Position numbers and translations under genes: made by a program. Of a stretch of DNA of 64,000 bases, positions 28,514-42,267 are shown piece after piece. The number at the start of each line of letters is the position of its first letter. Position 1 is the stretch's first letter. The stretch comes from the human T2T-CHM13v2.0 reference genome, Homo sapiens, in NCBI RefSeq assembly GCF_009914755.1, contig NC_060947.1; one strand, written 5' to 3'. Below the pieces are notes generated by a model. That model did no database searches. It was given only the letters and a program-made list of their open reading frames with translations, and had not been told where the DNA came from.

Positions 28514-30946
28514 TGCTACTAGCTTGGCTTGGATGTTTGTCGCCTCTAAATTTTATGTCAAAATGTAATCCCCAGTGTTGGAGGTGGGGACTGGTGAGAG
28601 GTGTTTAGATCATGGGGGTAGATCCCTCATGAATGGCTTAGCACCACTTTTTTTTTTTTTTTTTTTTTTTTGTAATGAGTGAGTTCTCATTACGAGTTCA
28701 CACAAGATCTGGTTCTGTAAAAATGTGTGGTACATCTCCTTTCTCTCTCTTGTTCCTGCTCTCACCATGTGATTAATTTGCTCCCCCTTCATCTTCTGCC
28801 ATGATTAAGAGCTTCCTGAGGCCTCTCCAGAAACTGAGCAGATGCTGGCACCATGCTTCCTGTAAAGCCTGCAGAACCTTGAACCATTTAAATCTCTACT
28901 CTTTGTAAATTACTCAGTCTCAGGTATTTCTTAATAGCAATACAAAAATGGCCTAATGCAGATAATTGGTAACAAGGAGTGAGGTGTTGCTATAAAGATA
29001 CCTGAAAACGTGGAAGCAGTTTGGAAATGGGTAAAGAGCAGAGGTTGGAAGAGTTCAAAAAGCCCAGAAGACAGGAAGAGAAGGGCAACTTTGAAACTGC
29101 TTAGGGTCTTGTTAAGTGGTTGTGACAAAAATGTTGATAGAAATATGGACACTGAAGGTCAGGATGATGAGGTCTTAGATGAAGATAAGGAACTTTTGGG
29201 GAATTCAAGTAAAGTTTACCTAGGTTACATCTAGCAAAGAGCTTGGCTGCATTTTGTTCACATCCTACAGCTTTGTGTAAGGTTTAACGTAAGGGTGATG
29301 ACTTAGGGTATCTGGTAAAAGAAATTTCTAAACAGCAAGACATGCCAGAGTGGCATGGCTGCTCCTAATAACCTTTCATCAGATATGAGAGCAAATAAAT
29401 GACTTAACATTGGAACTTATATTTAAAAGGGAAGCAGAGCATAAAAATTGGGACAATTCACAACCTGGACATGTCGTAGAGAAGGAAATTCAATTTTAAG
29501 TGGAAGAATTTAAAAGGGCTATGAACCTTTCATAATATTAACATGACTAAAAGGGAGCCAAGTGGTGATACACAAGCTAAGGAGAAAAAGGCCTTGAGGC
29601 ATTTCAGAGACCTACTAGGCCACCATTCTCATCATAGGCTCAGAGGCCAAAGAGGAACAAATGATTTCAGGGGCCAAGCCCAGGGTGCTACTTCTCTGCT
29701 CAGCCTCAAGACACCACTCCCTGTATTTCAGCTACTCTAGCTCTATCTGTGGCTCAAAAAGCCCTAGGAACAGCTTGGGCTGTCACTCTAGAAAGTGCAA
29801 GACACTGTTAGCCTCGGTAGTTTCTATGTGGTGTTAAATCTGCAGGCAAACAGAATACAAGCATGAAAGAGGCTTGGCAGCTTCCCCCTATATTTCAGAG
29901 AATGTATAAGAAAGCCTGGTTATCCAGGAAGAATCCTGCCTCAGGGATGGAGCCTTCACAGAGAGACTCAACTAGGGAAGTGCAGAGGGGAAATGTGGGG
30001 TTGGAGCCCCTATGCAAGGTCCACACCAGGGCACTGCCTGGTGGAACTGTGGGAATGGGGCTGCCACCCTCCAGACCTCAGAATGGCAGATATACCAGCA
30101 ACTTGCAAAGTCAGTGTGGAAGAGCCACAGGGATGGAGCTGCCCAAGGCCATTGGAGCCTACCTCTTGCATCAGTGTGCCCAGGATATAGGACATGGAGT
30201 CAATAATTATTTTTAAGCATTAATGTTTAGTGTCTGCTGTGCTGTGTTTCAGAATTGTGTGGGGCCCATAGTCCCTTTTTTGGTCAATTTCTTCTGAAAT
30301 GCTAAAGTTTACCCAATGCCTGTACCACGATTGTACCTTGGGAGTAAATAACTTGTTTTGATTATACAGGTCCATAGGTGGAAGAAGATGAGTCCCATAT
30401 GAGATTAGGACTTCAAACATGATGCTGGAATGATTTAAGATGGGAGGAGGAGGTAGAAATTGGCAGGAGATAATTGTATCCTGCAATGTGAGAAGAACAT
30501 GAGATACAGGAGGCCAGAGGTGGAACAATATGGTATGAATATTTGTCCCTTCCAAATCTCACAGTGAAATGTAATCCCCAGTGTTGAAGAGGGGGCCTGG
30601 TGGGAGGTGTTTTGATCATGGGAAAAGATCCCTTAAGAATGGCTTAGCATCATTCCCTTGGTGATGACTGAATTCTCACTTTGACGTTTCATGAGATCTG
30701 GTTGTTTCAAAGTATGTGGCATCTTTACACTCTCTCTTTTGTTCCTGCTCTTGCCATGTGACTCTCTACTCCCCATTCACATTCAGCCATGATTGTAAGC
30801 TTATGGGGGCCCTCACCAGAAGCAGATGCTGGCATCACACTTGCTATACACCCTGCAGAACCATGAGCCAATTAAACCTCTTTTTTATTATAAATAACAC
30901 AGTTTCAGGCATTTCTTTATAGCAAAACAAAATATGGCCTAATACA
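28514..30946 (+). mobile_element. Full-length MST (MSTB-like) MaLR: LTR 28514-28960, internal 28961-30525, LTR 30526-30946
   Basis: Two LTRs (…aaatgtaatccccagtgttg…atggcctaat[g/a]ca) flank an MST internal region starting gataattggtaac. Confidence 0.9.
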
Positions 30947-31329
30947 CCTGGTGACATAAATTAGGAGCTTTCATTTTTTTTTTCTGTGCTGTGGAACAGG
31001 TAAAATAACAGTAATTTTCTATTCCTTGAAAGTTTCTATTCCTTGAAGTCAATTGGAAAATCATTGCTTCTATTTTCTTTTGCGAGGTAAAATTTTATAA
31101 TCTTATATTCTTCCACATTTTCAGCCAATTTGCATTTTATTATTTTTACCTCTCATTGCATGGATTTTTTGATACAATTTATTTTTTAAATTTTAGTTAA
31201 TTAAGATTTGTAAATTTCTTGATATAGAATTTTATATTATAGTCTCTTGGTTTTTAAATTCTTCATATGCAGTTTCTCATTTCTAAATTTGCTTAAGTAT
31301 TATTTTATTATTTTTCTGAGTTATATCAG

Positions 31330-33593
31330 TGTATTAGTCCATTCTCATGTTGTTAATAAAGGCATACCTGAAACTGGGTAATTTATAAAGGAAAGAGCTT
31401 TAATAAACTCACAGTTCCACTTGGCTGGGGAGGCCTCACAATCATGGAAGAAGGTGAAAGAGGAGAAAGGCACATCTTAAATGGCAGCAGGCAAGAGAGT
31501 GTGTTTAGGGAAACTACCCTTTATAAAACCATCAGATATCCTGAGACTTACCATCATGAGAACATCCTGGGAAAAACCCATCCCCATGATTCAATTACCT
31601 CCTACCAGGTCCTTCCCATGACATATGAGGATTATGGAAGCTACAATTTAAGATGAGATTTGGGTGGGGACACAGCCAAATCATATCATTCCATCCCTGG
31701 CCCATCCCAAATCTCATATCTCATATCTTCATATTTCAAAACCAATCATGCCTTCCCAAATGCACCCCAAATTCTTAACTCATTTCAGTATTAACTCAAA
31801 AGCCCATAGTCCAAAGTCTCACCTGAGACAAGTAAAGTTCTTTCTGCCTATGAGCCTGTAAATTCAAAAGCAAGATAGTTACTTTCTAGTTACAAATGGG
31901 TACAAGCATGGTAAATACACTCATTCCAAATGGGAGAAATTGGCCAAAACAAAAGGAGCTAAAGGCTCCAGGCAATTCCAAAATCCAGCAGGGAAGTCAA
32001 ATCTCAAAGCTCCAAAATGATCTCACTTTACTCCGTATCTCACATCCAGGTCATGCTGCTGCAAGAGGTGGGCTCCTGCAGCCTTGGGCAGCTCCACCCA
32101 TGTGTTCTTGCAGGGCACAGGCCCCCTCCTAGATAATTTCATGGGCTGGCATTGAGTGTCAGCAGATTTTTCAGGAAAACAGTGCAAGTGGTCAGTGGAT
32201 CTACCATTCTTGGGTCTGGAAGTTGGTGGCCTTCTTCTCACAGCTCCACTAGGCACTGGCCCAGTGGCGACTCTTTGTGGGGGCTCCCACCCCACATTTC
32301 CCTTCTACACTGCCCTACCAGAGGTTCTCCATGAGAGCTCCACCCCTGCAGGAAACTTTTGCCTGGACATCCAGACATTTCCATTCACTCTCTGAAATCT
32401 AGGCAGAGGTTCCCAAACCTCAGTTCTTGTCTTCTGGGCACCTGCAGCCTCAACACCATGTGGAAGCTGCCAAGGCTTGGGGCTTCATGCTCTGAAGCCA
32501 TGGCCTAAGTTGTACGTTAGCCTCTTTTAGCCATGGCTGGAGTGGTTGGGATTCAGGGCACCAAGTACCTAGCCTGCCCACAGCAGGGGGACCCTGAGCC
32601 CTCCCCGGGAAACCATTTTTTCCTCCTAGGCCTCTGGGCCTGTGATGGGAGAGGCTGCTCCAAAGGTCTCTGAAATGCCCTGGAGACATTCTCCCCATTG
32701 TCTTAGGGATTAACATTCAGTTCCCAGTTACTTACGCAAGTTTCTATAGCAGGCTTGAATTTCTCCTCAGAAAATGGGTCTTTCTTTTCTATTGCATCAT
32801 CAGGCTGCAAATTTTCCAAACTTTTATTCTCTGCTTCCTCTTGAATGCTTTACTGCTTAGAAATTGCTTCTGCCAGATACCCTAAATAATCTCTCTCAAG
32901 TTCAAAGTTTCACAGATCTCTAGCGCAGGTGCAAAATGCCACTAGGCTTTTTGTGTAGCACAACAAGAGTCACCTTCACTCCAGTTCCCAACAAGTTCCT
33001 CATCTCCATCTGAGACCACCTCAGCCTGGACTTTATTGTCCATATCACTATCAGAATTTAGTTAAAAGCCATTCAACAGTCTCTAGGAAGTTCCATACTT
33101 TTCCACATTTTCCTGTCTTCGTTCGATCCCTCCAAACTGTTCCAATCTCTGCCTGTTACCCAGTTCCAAAGTCTCTTCCACATTTTTGGGTATCTTTACA
33201 GCAGTGCCCCACTACCTGGTACCAATTTACTGTATGAGTTCATTCTCAAAATGCTAATAAAGACATACCCAAGACTGGATAATTTATAAAGGAAAAAGTT
33301 TTAATGAACTCACAGTTCCACATGGCTAGGGAGGCCTCACAATTGTGGCACATGGTGAAGGAGAAGCAAAGGCACATCTTAGATGGCAGCTGGCAAGAAA
33401 GCGTGTGCAGGGGAACTGCCCTTTATAAAACTATCTGACCTCGTGAGCCTTGTTCACTCTCATGAGAACAGCATGGGAAAAACCCAACCCCTGATTCAAT
33501 TACCTCCCACTGGGCCCCTCCCATGACACATGGGGATTTTGGGAGCTGCAATTCAAGATGAAATTTGGGTGGGGACATAGCAAAACCATATCA
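31330..33593 (-). mobile_element. Full-length THE1 (THE1C/D-like): LTR 31330-31688, internal 31689-33230, LTR 33231-33593
   Basis: Two LTRs and a typical internal region; perfect 5-bp TSD ATCAG at 31325-31329 and 33594-33598. Confidence 0.95.
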
Positions 33594-33939
33594 ATCAGTG
33601 AAGGGTGAATTTATTTTTACAGAAACAACAATTGCTTTTGGTTTATGTATCAATTTTATAAGATTGTAACTATTTTTTTATCTGAAATAACTTGTTCCTA
33701 CTTTTGTTGGTTCATTTTGTTGTTATTTTCCTAAATTCTTGAAAAAGATATTGGGTTTATTAATGTTTAAAAAATTACAGAGTGATTAAAATTATTGGTT
33801 TTATACTCAACACAGTTTTAGATACTTAAGTAAAAATTTTTTATTCCTTAAATTGCATTAATAATGACAAATATATGTAGACTGACTTTATTGAATTTAC
33901 CTTGAAGCACTATGGTTATTATTAATAATAAAAACATTA

Positions 33940-34160
33940 ATAAATAATTTTATTGAGTGCCAATTATGTTCAAGCATTACTTATTTTACTTAATCTTTTC
34001 AACAACCAGTGAGATGATTTAAATTTATCATTCCTCATTTATATGTAAATAATGAAATACTCAGAGAAATAAAGGTGCTTGCTCAAAGTCATGCAACTAG
34101 TGAGTAGCAGAGCTAAGAACCCAAGACTTTCTGACTCCAAAGCTCACAATTTTAACTAGT
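33940..34160 (-). mobile_element. MIR
   Basis: ttattgagtgcc...aaatactcagaga...cttgctcaaagtcatgcaactagtgagtagcagagc...tctgactccaaagc. Confidence 0.8.
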
Positions 34161-35017
34161 ACTCTTTGCTGCCAAGTCTATTCAAATGACATAATTATAT
34201 CAAGATGGGAGAAGGAGAGAGGGACAAATATATATTTAGAAGTTATTAGGAAACAATATGTGCTATGCATTTTCCATTTGTTGTATTTTTAATGCAACAA
34301 TATGACATGCTTGATTGACCTCATATTAATATCAGTATAGTCTTTGAAATAGTTCCTGATATCCTATTGACATTAATCTAATTTTATCAAAATATATAGG
34401 CCTTTGGAAATATTTTCAACTTGAAAGAAGAAAAATTTCTGTCTGTTACTTTATCTTCCTTTTCTCTGATTGTATTATAAATGCACAAAAATGTGTCTTA
34501 GAACAATCTGAATAAAGTCAATTTAGATGAAGCTGAGGATATGGGAATTGTGAAATATTATTTAATCTTGAGTGCTTGATAAGTGAATGTGTGTGCACCA
34601 AGGAACAGAATATCATAAATACCTTAGGAAAGCTAATTTTTAGGTAAGGCTTAAAGAATCCAGATGAAAATACTATGAAAAAAAAATACTGTAGGAAGGG
34701 AAAGTATTAAAGAAAGTGGAATTAGGCAGCTATTGGCATTCATTCCAGTAAATTCTAAGTAAATAAAAGGGTGGCAAGTACAAGGTGGTAAAATTAGAAT
34801 TTAAATAAGAAGGATTATCAAGGCTCAGCACACAGAATTAATAAACTGTATCAAAGTATCTGTCAAGGACAGAACTAGGAGAAGTATATCTATAAAATAA
34901 GTAAAGACAAAGCTTAACAATGTATTAAAAATACTATACAGTACAAGGTACATTGTACCTTTGGCTAACATCCAGAGCCTTTGGGCTGTATAAAGAACAA
35001 TCATAAATAATTCTGAA

Positions 35018-35328
35018 CCTATGTTATAAAATATGAGGGCCACTAGCTACATGGGGCTATTAAACACTTAAAATGTATTAATAGCTGTCATTAATTGATG
35101 TGTGTTGAAAGTGTAACATTCACACAACATTTTGAAATCACAGTGGAAAAAAACAGGACAAAATATCTCCTTAATATTTTTATTTAATTAATGTTGAAAT
35201 AATGTTTTAAATATATCGGGTTACAATGTACTGTTATATTGTTTAAAAATAATCTTTTTCACTTTTTAATATGGCAAATAGAAAATTACTTATGTTACTT
35301 GTATTACATATCTGTTGAACAACACTGT
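35018..35328 (+). mobile_element. MER33-like hAT MITE
   Basis: gccactagctacatggggctatt...tctgttgaacaacactg. Confidence 0.65.
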
Positions 35329-35336
35329 CGTAGGCC

Positions 35337-35337
<1 letters not shown>

Positions 35338-35385
<48 letters not shown>
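35338..35385. repeat. (CA)n microsatellite
   Basis: Direct reading; about 24 units. Confidence 0.95.
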
Positions 35386-35387
<2 letters not shown>

Positions 35388-35829
35388 AAAAGAAAGCCCC
35401 ACAAAAATATTATGGATTAACTCTGATCCAGTATCTAGGCTTTATTTTCAATGATATCTACTAAAGATTCACATTTTGAAGTTTACTAAGGCTCTCAAAT
35501 TACACAAATTATCTTTCTACATAGCTCAAATTGAAAATTTATTAACAATCTACTTCATTATATATGCCTATATAATAATAAACTATTTGGGAAAAAATAA
35601 AATGGAACAGATGGTTTTCACTGGTATGACTCAATAAACAAACTATATTCATCTAGAAAAATATTAAAATTTTGCTTTAGAATTATTGCATTTGATTTAA
35701 TTAATGATATTTTAAAGTATGATATGTAATGATTAAATGTTTATTTAATTTGAAATAATTTGTCAAAGTCTTCATAATAATTGAGCCCAAATGTAACATT
35801 GTCATCAGCTCTGTTCTTTCCCTACTTTA

Positions 35830-36334
35830 TGTTGGCCACAAAAAAAGAACATGCAACTGGAGAAACAATCAGGTTTCATTCAGTGGCCAAAGAATGGAGA
35901 AGTAGAGCTCACGCTCAAAAGGCACCTTCTCTCTAGGCAATGGCAGGGAGTTATAAAGGCAATGGGAGTTATAAAGAGTTAGATGCAGGGTGGGAGAAGT
36001 ATGTAGACATGTATGGAGAGGAGTTCCAGGAACACAGGCATAGTTCATAAACATACTACTTCATACATCACATGTACACAAAATGTCAGGGGTCTTCCCT
36101 CAGGGGAGAGTTTTCAGTATTATCATGACATGTTAATGACTTAAAGGTAACTGGAAGTCACCTGCTGTCATATGCACCAGTTTTGGCTGGGTCTGGACTC
36201 CCTCCGATATGTGACAGAGGGTCATGAGGCCACGCGTGACATTCAGGCCATCTGGTTTTCTTTGGCATCTGTGGCTACAGATAAAAATACTAAAGAGAAA
36301 CTGTTGAAGACCAGGCTGTCCTGATGGCAATACA
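35830..36334 (-). mobile_element. Probable ERV1-class solo LTR (family not identified)
   Basis: ~500-bp island of higher GC bounded by TG...CA, with MER4-group-like phrases (atacatcacatgt, ggggagagttttcagtatt). Confidence 0.4.
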
Positions 36335-36489
36335 ATCTATTTATTTGTTAAGGGCTCAGGCATCTGTTAAGCATGTTAATGAAAGCCAGGTTTCCTCTTA
36401 AGGTAGATCACATTATGACTAACTGAAACTTCTCTTGTTGGATTTTCAGATGTATCATACAGGACCATATATCCTAGTCTTTATAAAGT

Positions 36490-37012
36490 GGATATTTGTC
36501 TTCACAGCATCTATTCCATCCCTCCCTCATTTTGGGGCAGCCATGCAATTTGGCTGGGATTGATGTTCATTATAGGGATGAGCACTGAGAGCTATAATCC
36601 AGTTAGGATAATCTCACTTCCTCTGCAATACCAATTAAATTATGTATAGTCAATAACCCTGACCCAAAACAATAAATGTGTAGTATTTTTCTGGGCATCA
36701 TGATTCGTTCAGATTTGTTCAGAATAAAATACAGGACTTTCCTATAAGGATGTATCATGGTGATGTAAATTCTGTAACTGCTGTAGCCATTTTGCTACAA
36801 TGATAAAGAACAGCCTGAAAACAATTGCAACACATGGAGAGTGGCAGCATTGAGAAAAATCACAGAAAAACTAAGCTAGAGGCCTAATAAAATTACGCCT
36901 GTAATCCTACCTCTAGGCTTTTTCAACTACATTTTGTCAATACATTTCATTCATTGTTTAAAGCAATTTGAGTTTTGAGTTTTCTGTTACTTGCAATCAA
37001 AAGCATTTAAAC
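36490..37012 (+). mobile_element. Old MLT1 (K/L-like) LTR
   Basis: 3' end ttgtttaaagcaatttgagttttgagttttctgttacttgcaatcaaaagc. Confidence 0.6.
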
Positions 37013-37318
37013 ATGAGTATTTATCATTACTATGTGTTGGAAACATTTCAAATCCTCTCTTCTAGTTCCTATGAAATATACATTATTACTATCTATAGTC
37101 ACCATGGAACTTTAGAACTTCTAACTGTATGTTTGTACCCACTAACCACCCTATCTTTATCCCCCCTTCCCACCCACTCACTCTTTCAAACCTCTGTGAT
37201 AAATACCCCACATACCTTGATTTGATCATTACACATCTATACATGTAACAAATACATGTACCCCAAAAATATGTAAAATCTTACATATCGATTTAAAAAG
37301 AAATTTTAAAAACTTGTA
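37013..37318 (+). mobile_element. Short L1MA 3' end with 5' inversion and 14-bp TSD
   Basis: 37013-~37200 is antisense L1MA 3'UTR and ~37204-37300 is the sense L1MA terminus. TSD aaaagcatttaaac at 36999-37012 and 37319-37332. Confidence 0.85.
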
Positions 37319-38401
37319 AAAAGCATTTAAACTGAAATATCTGTAGTTTTTCCTTAATTTATTTTTATATTTTATTGTAAATATTTATCTGACTGTTTAA
37401 TCTAATTTCTTCTTAGTCATTCCCAATATCAGAACTTTCTGTATTTTCTCTCTGCCTTGTCTTCTTCATTTTAATCTCCCTGTTCTTTGTAATTTGGAAG
37501 AATATTCATACAAGAATATTTGTTTGAGATTTAGTTAGAAGACCCTCAGTCAATTACCATTTGACATGACTATATTTAATCTTTAGATTCCTCTCTCTCT
37601 CAAAATTTTGGTCAGTCATGGTGGTCTGTTTGTAATTAGGCAACATTTTGCTTGAGTGAATCTTCATAACTGAAGAGTAAGATTATGATAGTTGAATTGG
37701 CTTTTTGAGATGGCAAAATACATAGTTTGATATTGTTTGCTTATTATCACATTTGATTTCTATGTTATTGGGATTCTGTGAAATTCATTTTTATGTCTAA
37801 TAAAATGTTCAAAACATTAGACTTACCAAGTCTTTCTTTGAATCCAATTTTAAGCATGTAGATCCATGCTAATATAGATGTCATTCTGTCTATATGCTCA
37901 TATCCTTTCTCTTGCATGCAGTCTTATATGTTCTATCTATAGCTCCAGTTCTATGCCTCCCTGAGCTATGTTTTTTTAGTCCATGCAAACTCATCTAATG
38001 CTGCTGTTACTCACAAATGACTCTTCTGTTGTCATCAGTCTCTGTTTGCTATTAGCCACATATGGATTCAAACGTAGAAGTCAGTTTTTTATAGTATATT
38101 CAATACACATTGTGAAGCATTATTTATATAACCCACATAATACTGGACAAGAATGAATAACAGTAAATACAAGAAGTATTGTATCCTAGAGGAAGTTTTG
38201 TGGCACTTTGCATTAAATGATCTGGTAACAATTTTCACACACTGCGAATGATCTCTTTTTACTTCAGACACCATTAAAATGTCACTTTACTACAGCTTAG
38301 CAGGAATCATGCACATTAAGAAAATACAGGTAAATACTTAAAGGAATCGGATCAGAGTCAGCACTGGAACATTATATAGCCATAACCCAGGTCTCCTAGA
38401 T

Positions 38402-38717
38402 CTGCACTGTCTAATACAGTAGCCTGTATCCATATGTAGCTATTGAGCATTTGAAATATGGCTAGTCCAAATTGAGACTAGCTGAAAGTATAAAATACAC
38501 ACTGTATTTTATAGACTTAATATGAATAATAAAGAATGTAAAATAGCTCATTAGTACATTTTATTAATTTCAAGATAAAATGATAATATTTCAGTTACGT
38601 TGGGTTAAGTAAAATTATTAAAAATTGATTTCACTTGTTTCTTTTTGTTTAATAATGCTATTAGAAAATACAAAATTACATATGTTGTTTACATTATCTT
38701 TTTATTGGCCAGTGCTT
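38402..38717 (+). mobile_element. MER33 hAT MITE
   Basis: ctgcactgtctaatacagtagcc...gagcatttgaaatatggctagtccaaattgaga...ttattggccagtgct. Confidence 0.8.
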
Positions 38718-39091
38718 TTCTGTGGCATATTGAAATGGCCCAAGCCTTTCAATAGATATTGACTGCTTACAACTTGAAGCCTGAAGTCTGTATATGCAAC
38801 TTCTAAGTCACAGTAACAAGAATACTGAAGCAAGAAAAAATCCTAGCAAGAATCATGTGAGGCTGAGGAATCCTTTTATAAGTTCCCCAGGTTGATAGGA
38901 CAGAATCAGTTTTAAGAACAACTTATCTTATAGTCATCCCCAACACACATTTTCATTTTCTTCATAGGTCTTCAAACAAAAGAACAACACTGAGGGATTG
39001 TTATAAAAGAAGCTTGTACCCAGCAGGCTCTTCCTGACTTAGAGTTGAAAACAAAACTAGTTAAGCAACCCTCCTTTACAATTATGGCTTT

Positions 39092-39229
39092 TTCTTTTTC
39101 TTTTTTTTTTTTTTTTGAGACGAAGTTTCACTCTTGTTGCCCAGGCTGGAGCACAATACAATGGCGCAATCTTGGCACGATGTGACCTCCACCTCCCAGG
39201 TTCAAGCAATTCTCCTGCCTCAGCCTCCC
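39092..39229 (-). mobile_element. 5'-truncated Alu (right-arm end, AluSp/Sq-like)
   Basis: T tail followed by gagacgaagtttcactcttgttgcccagg...cagcctccc; TSD acaattatggcttt / ataactatggcttt. Confidence 0.9.
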
Positions 39230-39490
39230 ATAACTATGGCTTTAAAAAGCACCTTGTCCATCAAGTGGGCTATAAGCAGAGAAAATTGAGGTAAATGCCC
39301 TATATTGAAGTGTACCAACCTATATATACATAGTAATACATATTGCTTTACCATCACAGATGTAGTTTAGAGCAACAAAATATTTCCCTGGAGAGATATC
39401 CTCACTCTATAACAAACTTTGCCTTAAACACAATGAGAATGGACACAGTAGACAGAAATAACAATTAACAGAAATAAAAAAATAAACTCG

Positions 39491-42266
39491 GAGAGAGAGC
39501 AGAGCAAGATGGCCAAATAGAAGCCTCCAATGATTGTTCCCCTACCGCAGGAACACCAAATTGAACAACTATCCACACACAAAAAAAGTTCTCTCATAAG
39601 AACCAAAAATCAGGTGAACAATCACAATACCTGGTTTAACTTCATATTAAAGAAATATGTAGGAAAACAAAGGGTAGGAAAGACAGTCTTAAATAGCCTA
39701 CACCACCCTTCCACCCCTCCTATGGCAGTGGCCATGTGGTCCAGAGAGAGAATCTGTGTGCTTGGGGAAGAAATAACACAATTATTGTGAAACTTTGCAT
39801 TGGAACTCAATGCTGCCCTGTTACAGTGGAAAGCAACATTGGGCAGAATTCAGTTGATATCCATGGAGGGGGCATATAGACCAGCCCTAGACAGAGCGGA
39901 ATCACCCATCCCAGTGGTTGGAACCTGAGTTCTGGCAAGCCCTGCCATCAAGGGCTAAAGTACTACAGGATCCTAAATAAGTTTGAAAGGTAGTCTAGGC
40001 CACAAGAAATGCAAATGCTGGGCAAGTCCTGGTGCTGTGCTGGGCTCGGAGTCAGTGGATTTGGAGTGCATGAGACCTAGTGAGATAGGAGCCAGGATGG
40101 CTAAGGGAATGCTTGTGTCACCCCCTGCAATCCCAGCCCCAGGCAGTGCAGCTTACAGCTACAGGAGAGACTCCTCCCCTCTGCTTGAGAAGAGAGAGAA
40201 CAGTAAAGTGGACTTTGTCTTTTCACTTGGATACCAGCTCAGACGCCATAGGATAAGGTGACAAGCAGAGTCCTGAGGTCCCCATTCCAGGCCCTAGCTC
40301 ACAGAAGGTATTTCTAGAAACACTGTGGGCCAGAAGGGAACATGCTACCTTGAAGGGAAGACTCACCCTGGTGGGATTCATTACCTGCTGACTAAAGTAT
40401 CCTTAGGCCCTGAATAATCAGCAGTGGTAGCCAGGCAATACTCGCTGTAGGTCATGGGTGATAGAGCTGTTCCAGCTTCAGGTGTTACCCAGAACATCCC
40501 TAACTGTGGTGGCTAAAGGGAGAGACTTCTTATGCTTGAGGAAAGGAGATAAATGAGTAAAGGGGACTTTGTCTTGCAGCTTGGGTACCAGCTCAGTACC
40601 CAAGTGGAGTAGAGAATAGAGCAGGCCCATTGGGTCACCAAATCCAGACCCTGGCTCTTGGACAGCATTTATAGACCTGTCCCAGGCCAAACAGTTACCC
40701 ACTACCCTGAAGGGAGAGACACAGGCCAGGCAGAATTCACTGCAAACTGACTGAAGAGCACTTGGGGGTGAGTAAACATCAGCAGTTACCAGGCAGAACT
40801 TGCCATAGGCTGGGGTGGTGGTGGCTATGGGGAGAGAATCCTCTGCTTGAGAAAAGGAGAGGGAAAAATGGGAAAGACTGTCTAGTGTCTTCAGTGCCAG
40901 TTCAGCTGCAATAGAATAGAACAACAGGTAGATATCTAAGGTTCCAGACTCCAGGCCCTGACTCCTGGATGACACCTCCAGACATGCCCAGAGCTGGGGG
41001 AAACCCACTGTGCTTAAAAGAATGGCACAAGCATGGTTGGCTTTAACACTTGTAGATGGTAGAACCCTAGGGCCTTAAGAGAAGATAGGGGGTAGCCAGG
41101 CAGTGGTCACTGCAGTACTTGGGTGAGACCAAGGGTTGTGCTGGCTTTGGGTCTGACCCAGTTCAGTTCCAGTTGTGATGCCCATAGAGTTGGTTGTATT
41201 ACTCTTCTCCCAGCTACGGGCAGCTTAGCATAGAGAGAGAGAGACTTCATTTGTTTGAGTAAAATTAAGGGAAGAGAAGAAAAGTTTCTGCCTGGTAATC
41301 CAAGCAATTCTACCAGATCTTACCAAAGACCACCAAGGCAGTATCTCTATGAATCTGTAAGAGCCACAGTGTTGCTGGGCTTGAGGTGTTCCATAAAGTA
41401 GATATAGCTGCAGCAAACAAAGACTTAGTTCACAACATCCAAGTCCCTTTGAATACTTGGAAAGCCTTCCCAAGAAGGACAGTTACAAAGGAGCCCAGAC
41501 TATAAAGACTAAAATAAATACCTAACTCTTCAATGCCCAGACACAGACAAACATCTACAAGTATCAAGACAATTCAGGAAGACACAACCTCACTAAATGG
41601 CCTAAATGGGAAACCAAGAGCCAATATTGGAGAAACAAAGATATGTGACCTTTCAAACAGATAATTAAAAATAGCCATATTGGGGAAACTCAAAGATATT
41701 TAAGACAACATGGAGAAGGAATTCAGAATTCTATTACATAAATTTAGTATAGAAATTGAAATAATTAAAAAGAATCAAGTGGAAATTCTGAGCTGAAAAA
41801 TTCAACTGATAAACTGAAGAATGCATCAGAGTCTCTTAACAGCAGAATTGATCTAGCAGAAAAAAGATCAGTGAGCTTGAAGTCAGTCTATTTGAAAATA
41901 AAGAGTCAGAGGAGACAAAACGAAAAAAATTAAAACGAAGAATGAGGCATACCTAAAACATTTAGGAAGTAGCCCCAAAGGGCAAATATGAGAGTTATTG
42001 GCCTTAAAAAGGAGGTAGAGAGAGAGATCAGGGTAGAAAGTTTATTTAAAAGGATAACAGAGAACTTCACAAACCTCAAGAAACATATTAGTATTCAAGT
42101 ACAAGAAGGTTTAGAACACCCAGCAGATTTAATTCAAATAAGACGATCCCAAGACATTTAATAATCAAACTTCCAAGGGTCAAGGATAAAGGAAAGATTC
42201 TAACAACAAGAGAAAAGTAACAAATAACATACAAATGAGCTCCAATGCTTTTGGCAGCAGACTTCT
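39491..42266 (+). mobile_element. L1 (L1MA-era) complete 5'UTR plus partial ORF1 (copy A)
   Basis: Starts gagcagagcaagatggccaaatagaagcctcc. ORF1 remnant at ~41530-42266 ends at gcagcagacttctc. Confidence 0.85.
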
Positions 42267-42267
42267 C

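Noticed and set aside
29543-32716. Cluster of 60-117 aa ORFs
   Set aside because: They derive from MST and THE1 sequence (internal regions and LTRs), which commonly yields such fragments.
40478-41008. 176-aa minus-strand ORF
   Set aside because: It is antisense to a decayed L1 5'UTR, has no domain similarity and is not recognisable as ORF0.
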